Shown in pieces: positions 59,678 through 64,000 of a DNA stretch of 64,000 bases (position 1 is the stretch's first letter; the number at the start of each line of letters is the position of its first letter). This DNA comes from Acidobacteriota bacterium (GTDB lineage Bacteria; Acidobacteriota; Vicinamibacteria; Vicinamibacterales; UBA2999): positions 38,838-102,837 of the forward strand of contig JABFSA010000070.1 of assembly GCA_013140775.1 (NCBI GenBank), in the 5' to 3' direction. The translations under genes were made by a program, and so were the position numbers. A model generated the notes under the pieces. The model searched no databases. It had not been told where the DNA came from and saw only the letters and a program-made list of their open reading frames with translations.

Positions 59678-60949
59678 GTGAAAATTCTCATTGTCGGCGG
59701 GGGTGCGCGAGAGCACGCAATTGCCTGGAAGCTTGCCGGCGAGCGCGGTGTGACCGAGGTGATCTGCGCTCCGGGGAATCCAGGGATTGAAAAGATCGCG
59801 CGGTGTCTGCCTGTCGATGGCGAGCCGGAGTCTCTTCTTGCCATTGCCACTCGCGAGTCCGTCGATCTGACGGTCGTGGGTCCCGAATTGCCGCTGAGCC
59901 GCGGCGTCGTCGATCTGTTTGCCGCCCAGGACCGTCCGATTGTTGGACCCACGAAGGCAGCAGCGGCCCTGGAGTCGAGCAAGGCGTTCGCGAAGGCGTT
60001 TATGGAGCGACATAACGTCCCCACCGCCCGCTTTCGTGTGTGCGACTCCGCAGACGCGGCTTTGCGAGTCATCGCGTCTGGTGAGTTGGGCTATCCGCTG
60101 GTTCTCAAAGCCGATGGTCTCGCCGCGGGTAAGGGTGTCGTGATTGCCGAGGATCGCGAATCAGCGGAGAGCACCGTGCGCATGGTGATGGTCGATCGCC
60201 ATTTCGGTGCGGCTGGTGAACGACTTGTGCTCGAGGAGTTTCTGGTCGGCGAGGAAGCGTCGTACTTTGTTCTTGCCGATGGTGTTGACTGCATGCCGCT
60301 GTCGTCAGCACAGGATCACAAGCGCATCTTCGATGACGACCGGGGCGCAAACACTGGTGGGATGGGCGCATTCGCGCCGACGCCGCTGCTGACAGCGGCG
60401 ATCGAGGAACGCGTACTCACCGACATCGTTCGTCCAGTACTGGAGGGCATGGATCGGGAAGGATGCCCGTTCCGCGGTTTCCTCTATGTTGGCTTGATGC
60501 TGACGTCAGCAGGTCCAAAGGTCGTCGAGTTCAACGCGCGCTTTGGCGATCCTGAGGCGCAGGTCGTCCTGCCGAGACTCGATGAAGATCTGTCGTGGCT
60601 GCTTGGCTCCGCCGCGACTGGCGTGCTCCCTTCGCGTCCCGCGAGGTTTCGCCCGGACCCGCATGTCGGCGTCGTTCTTGCCTCAGCCGGGTACCCGGAG
60701 TCCGCGCGCTCCGGCGATGTCATCACAGGAATTGATGAGGCGGCTTCCGTGCCTGGTGCGCTCGTGTTCCACGCGGGCACGGCGAAGGAAGACGGAAGAC
60801 TGGTCACTGCCGGAGGGCGCGTGCTCACGGTTGTGGGGAGAGGCGCGAGCTATCGAGAGGCTATCGATGTCGCCTACCGTGCTGCGTCACACATCAGCTT
60901 TCCGGGGATGCAGCTCCGCACCGACATTGGTCGAAAGAGCCTGATCTAA
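59678..60949 (+). CDS. purD: phosphoribosylamine--glycine ligase
   Basis: KILIVGGGAREHA.AWKL, ATP-grasp region (LVLKADGLAAGKGV), EFN.RFGDPE. GTG start. Confidence 0.95.
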   Translation: MKILIVGGGAREHAIAWKLAGERGVTEVICAPGNPGIEKIARCLPVDGEPESLLAIATRESVDLTVVGPELPLSRGVVDLFAAQDRPIVGPTKAAAALESSKAFAKAFMERHNVPTARFRVCDSADAALRVIASGELGYPLVLKADGLAAGKGVVIAEDRESAESTVRMVMVDRHFGAAGERLVLEEFLVGEEASYFVLADGVDCMPLSSAQDHKRIFDDDRGANTGGMGAFAPTPLLTAAIEERVLTDIVRPVLEGMDREGCPFRGFLYVGLMLTSAGPKVVEFNARFGDPEAQVVLPRLDEDLSWLLGSAATGVLPSRPARFRPDPHVGVVLASAGYPESARSGDVITGIDEAASVPGALVFHAGTAKEDGRLVTAGGRVLTVVGRGASYREAIDVAYRAASHISFPGMQLRTDIGRKSLI

Positions 60950-60957
60950 GACCGTCT

Positions 60958-62040
60958 TCAATTGATCAGCAGCGCCATCTGTTGTGCTGCTGATTTTGCC
61001 GTTCCTCCCTCGACGATCAACTGGCCACAGGCGGCTCGGATATCGCGACCTCTACTCTTACGTACCGACACGGTGATGTGCCGATCCGCAAGAATTTGCG
61101 CGAAGCGATCGACGCGCGCGTCCGAGGGCCGGCGATAGGGAATTCCCGGGGCGGGATTGAGCGGAATGAGGTTCACCTTGGCCTTGATGCCGTCCAGCAG
61201 CCTGGCGAGTCGCTTGGCGTCCTCTGCCGTGTCGTTGACATCCTCCAGCAGGACGTACTCGAAAGTAATACGGCTGCGCTTCTTCACCGGGAACCGCCGG
61301 CATGCGTCGAGAATATCGGCCAGAGGGAACTTCCGGTTGGGCGGCACAAGGGCTGTTCGCTGCTCGTCGGTCGTCGCGTGCAGCGAGATCGCCAGGTTCG
61401 GCATCAGTGTCTCCTGCGCGAGCCGGTCCAGCGCAGGAACGATCCCCACTGTTGAGAGCGTGATGCGTCGAGGTGACACCGCAAGCCCCTGCTCCTCATG
61501 AAGGATGCGTAAGGCCTTCATTGTGTTGTCGTAGTTGTGGAGGGGCTCCCCCATTCCCATGAGGACGATGTTGAAGGGTTGATCGAGAAGGTTGGTCGCC
61601 GCGGCGAGGAGCCTCACCTGGGCTGCGATCTCCCCGGCCGACAAGTGTCTGACCAGGCCCATCTTTCCAGTCAGGCAGAACCCGCAGGCCATGGCACAGC
61701 CGACTTGTGTCGAGACGCAAAACGTCATGGCCGGAGTATCCGGAATAAAGACAGACTCGATTCGGCGTTTGTCTGCGAGCTCTAACACTAGCTTCCGGGT
61801 GCCATCTGTCGAGCGCTCGTCGGCGACGACCCGGGGCGTTTCGACAACAAATTCAGCCTCCATCCTGATTCGCAGTGCCTGCGAAAGGTCGGTCATGAGA
61901 CTGAAGTCCGTCACGTTGCGCTTGTGTACCCACCGGTAGATCTGGCGGCCGCGAAAACGATCGAAGCCCCGCGCCTCGAGCGCCTGCTCGAGTTCGGCGA
62001 GTTCGAGTTCGGTGATGTTGACGCGCGGAGAGGGGACCAT
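60958..62040 (-). CDS. rlmN: 23S rRNA (adenine2503-C2)-methyltransferase (radical SAM)
   Basis: FR..QI..W......F..MT.L, radical-SAM CxxxCxxC (CAMACGFC), MGMGEPL.N, and C-terminal ..GRDI.AACGQL. Confidence 0.95.
   Translation of the reverse strand: MVPSPRVNITELELAELEQALEARGFDRFRGRQIYRWVHKRNVTDFSLMTDLSQALRIRMEAEFVVETPRVVADERSTDGTRKLVLELADKRRIESVFIPDTPAMTFCVSTQVGCAMACGFCLTGKMGLVRHLSAGEIAAQVRLLAAATNLLDQPFNIVLMGMGEPLHNYDNTMKALRILHEEQGLAVSPRRITLSTVGIVPALDRLAQETLMPNLAISLHATTDEQRTALVPPNRKFPLADILDACRRFPVKKRSRITFEYVLLEDVNDTAEDAKRLARLLDGIKAKVNLIPLNPAPGIPYRRPSDARVDRFAQILADRHITVSVRKSRGRDIRAACGQLIVEGGTAKSAAQQMALLIN
60965..60997 (+). terminator. Candidate intrinsic terminator for purD (ATCAGCAGC-12 nt-GCTGCTGAT followed by TTTG)
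   Basis: 9-bp stem beginning 16 nt after the purD stop. It overlaps the 3' end of convergent rlmN. Confidence 0.35.
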
Positions 62041-62171
62041 GCAGCTATCTTCCGTGATATGATGATGGTGTTCTTCTAATTACCTGTCTGTCAACGGTTT
62101 GCAGCGAGCGTTCGATGGCGCGGCATCCGTCGGCCGGCGCGGCCCAGGCGACCTAGATCCCGAAAGCATCC

Positions 62172-63443
62172 GTGGCTCCAACGACGATCACCCGCGACGT
62201 GCTTCCCAACGGTCTCCGCCTTCTCACCGAGCGGATGCCCCACGTCCGCTCCGTCAGCATCGGAGTGTGGCTGGCCAGGGGATCGCGGCACGAGCCGGCC
62301 GAGCAGTGCGGCATCGCTCATTTTGTCGAGCACATGCTCTTCAAGGGAACCGCCACGCGGAGTGCTGAAGACATTGCACAGACGATAGATTCGATCGGCG
62401 GCCAGATGGACGCGTTCACCGCCAAGGAGTACGCGGGCTACTACTTGAAGGTGCTCGACGAACACCTTCCGCTTGCGGTCGATGTGCTCTCGGACATCGT
62501 GATGCGGCCAGCCTTGAGCCCTGACGATATCGAGCGCGAGAAAAAAGTCGTCGTTGAAGAGATCAAGATGGTCGAGGATACGCCCGACGACCTCGTCCAC
62601 GAACTCTTCACTGAAGGCTTCTGGCCGGATCATCCTCTCGGACGTCCCATTCTGGGTTCACGCGAGACCGTCGAAGCGCTGACAGCCGAGGCGCTTCGCG
62701 ACTACTTCACCAGCGCCTACAGCGCACCCAACCTGATCGTGGCTGCGGTCGGCAATATCGAGCACGCGCAGGTGCGGGAGCTTGTTGCGCGCGCGTTCGA
62801 GGATCTGCCGGTCAGGAGCATTCCACTTGGCGATGTTCCGCCTCGCGTCGTGCCGCACGTCCTCATCAGGAACAAGGAGCTCGAGCAGAGCCACGTCTGT
62901 CTCGGCACAAGCGGATACCGACAGGATCACGCCGACCGCTACTCGAGCTATGTTCTGAACATCGTGCTTGGAGGCTCAATGAGCTCCAGGCTGTTCCAGA
63001 ACGTGCGCGAGAAGCGTGGTCTGGCGTATGCCGTGTTCAGCGGACTGGTTGCGTATCGTGACGCGGGTTCCGTCACCGTCTATGCCGGTTGTGCGAACAC
63101 CGCCGTGGGTGAGCTCATCGACGTCGTCATTACGGAGCTCCGTCGTCTCAAGACGGAACCGCTGGCAGAATCCGAGCTCCGTCGTGCGAAGGATCACCTG
63201 AAGGGGAGCTTGATGCTCAACCTCGAGAGCACGTCGAGTCGGATGTCGCATCTCGCCCGCCAGGAGATCTACTTCGATCGTCATTTCGGTCTGGACGAAA
63301 CGTTGGAAGGTGTTGAGCGCGTAACCCCGGCCGACGTTCGCAGGGTGGCTCAGGACCTGTTCACGGACCGCGGGCTTGCCGCCACCGTGCTTGGCGCCGT
63401 CAACGGGTTGGAGTTGCCACCGGAGAGGCTGGCACTCGGATAA
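62172..63443 (+). CDS. M16-family (pitrilysin/insulinase) zinc peptidase
   Basis: HxxEH zinc motif (HFVEHMLFKGT), typical ~420 aa two-lobed layout. Confidence 0.9.
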   Translation: MAPTTITRDVLPNGLRLLTERMPHVRSVSIGVWLARGSRHEPAEQCGIAHFVEHMLFKGTATRSAEDIAQTIDSIGGQMDAFTAKEYAGYYLKVLDEHLPLAVDVLSDIVMRPALSPDDIEREKKVVVEEIKMVEDTPDDLVHELFTEGFWPDHPLGRPILGSRETVEALTAEALRDYFTSAYSAPNLIVAAVGNIEHAQVRELVARAFEDLPVRSIPLGDVPPRVVPHVLIRNKELEQSHVCLGTSGYRQDHADRYSSYVLNIVLGGSMSSRLFQNVREKRGLAYAVFSGLVAYRDAGSVTVYAGCANTAVGELIDVVITELRRLKTEPLAESELRRAKDHLKGSLMLNLESTSSRMSHLARQEIYFDRHFGLDETLEGVERVTPADVRRVAQDLFTDRGLAATVLGAVNGLELPPERLALG

Positions 63444-63462
63444 AGGGATACCGATCTCCTAG

Positions 63463-64000
63463 ATGATTGGACGCTACACCAGTCCGGAAATGGGTCGCCT
63501 CTGGAGCGACCAGCGAAAGTACGAGACCTGGCTGCAGGTCGAATCGGCGGCGGCCGACGCGATGGCCCGCGCCGGGATTGTGCCCACCGAGGCTGCGCGC
63601 GACATCAAGGCTCGCGGCCGGTTCGATATCGCTCGAATCGAAGAGATCGAGCAGGTGACCCAGCACGACGTCATTGCCTTCACGACCGCGGTAGCCGAGT
63701 ATGTCGGTCCCTCCGCGCGGTGGCTTCATTTCGGCCTCACCTCGTCCGACGTCGTCGATACGGCCCAGGCGCTTCAAATGCGCGAGGGCTGCGATCTCAT
63801 CCTGTCCGGCCTGGATGGCCTCATGCGTGCCGTCCGCACGCGTGCCGAAGAGCATCGCCTGACACCAATGATCGGCCGCACGCACGGTGTGCACGCCGAG
63901 CCAATGACCTTTGGTTTGAAGCTCGCACTCTGGTACGCCGAACTGGGACGTGATGTCCTGCGCGTTCAGCGCGCACGCGAGACGGTTTCGGTTGGCAAGC
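63463..64000 (+). CDS. purB: adenylosuccinate lyase, N-terminal part (3' end outside window)
   Basis: Hand translation from ATG 63463 is open to the window end: MIGRYTSPEM..LWS...K...WL.VE, GLTSSDVVDTA, GRTHGVHAEP. It is absent from the ORF track because there is no stop in the window. Confidence 0.9.
   Translation, partial: MIGRYTSPEMGRLWSDQRKYETWLQVESAAADAMARAGIVPTEAARDIKARGRFDIARIEEIEQVTQHDVIAFTTAVAEYVGPSARWLHFGLTSSDVVDTAQALQMREGCDLILSGLDGLMRAVRTRAEEHRLTPMIGRTHGVHAEPMTFGLKLALWYAELGRDVLRVQRARETVSVGK

Noticed and set aside
62055-62063. Extended -10-like motif (TGATATGAT) upstream of the M16 peptidase gene, and a possible leaderless arrangement for purD near 59665-59680.
   Set aside because: Neither has a convincing -35 element or correct spacing to the annotated starts, so I cannot distinguish them from chance AT-rich hexamers.

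Overview
High-GC (~65%) gene-dense chromosomal segment, probably from an Acidobacteria-like bacterium; that assignment is an inference from several protein architectures (VWFA-type proteins, a Ser/Thr kinase fused to a TolB-like propeller, a CarboxypepD_reg outer-membrane barrel). I call 53 protein-coding genes, two of them truncated by the window edges. Most are housekeeping or central metabolism: glnS, rmuC, serC, pcnB, polA, acs, malQ, glgC-eno-gpmA, rpsU, purD, rlmN, purB, methylmalonyl-CoA mutase and inositol-3-phosphate synthase. The rest are envelope, signalling and glycan genes. I found no rRNA, tRNA, CRISPR array, transposase, integrase or recognisable defence genes. No complete novel multi-gene system is demonstrable from sequence alone. 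The most unusual signal is a family of G-rich degenerate heptamer repeats (GGGATTC / GGGACTC) at four loci. Two of them sit in-frame inside unrelated genes, the kinase activation loop and the mutase linker. Those two copies share a 22/23-nt segment that encodes the same peptide, DSGLGAG, on opposite strands. Other candidates for follow-up: (1) an orphan GspE/PilB-type ATPase with tandem MshEN c-di-GMP motifs and a C-terminal double zinc ribbon, followed by a J-domain protein and an orphan ABC ATPase; (2) a tightly packed operon of STAS, DPPR-synthase-like prenyltransferase, DUF362, a disordered protein and two GT4 genes; (3) a module of secreted protein, OM barrel, PDZ-containing histidine kinase and sigma-54 regulator. 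Many long ORFs in the six-frame track are antisense or N-terminal-extension artefacts of the high GC content. Start codons were re-evaluated by hand and remain uncertain by tens of nucleotides in several genes.
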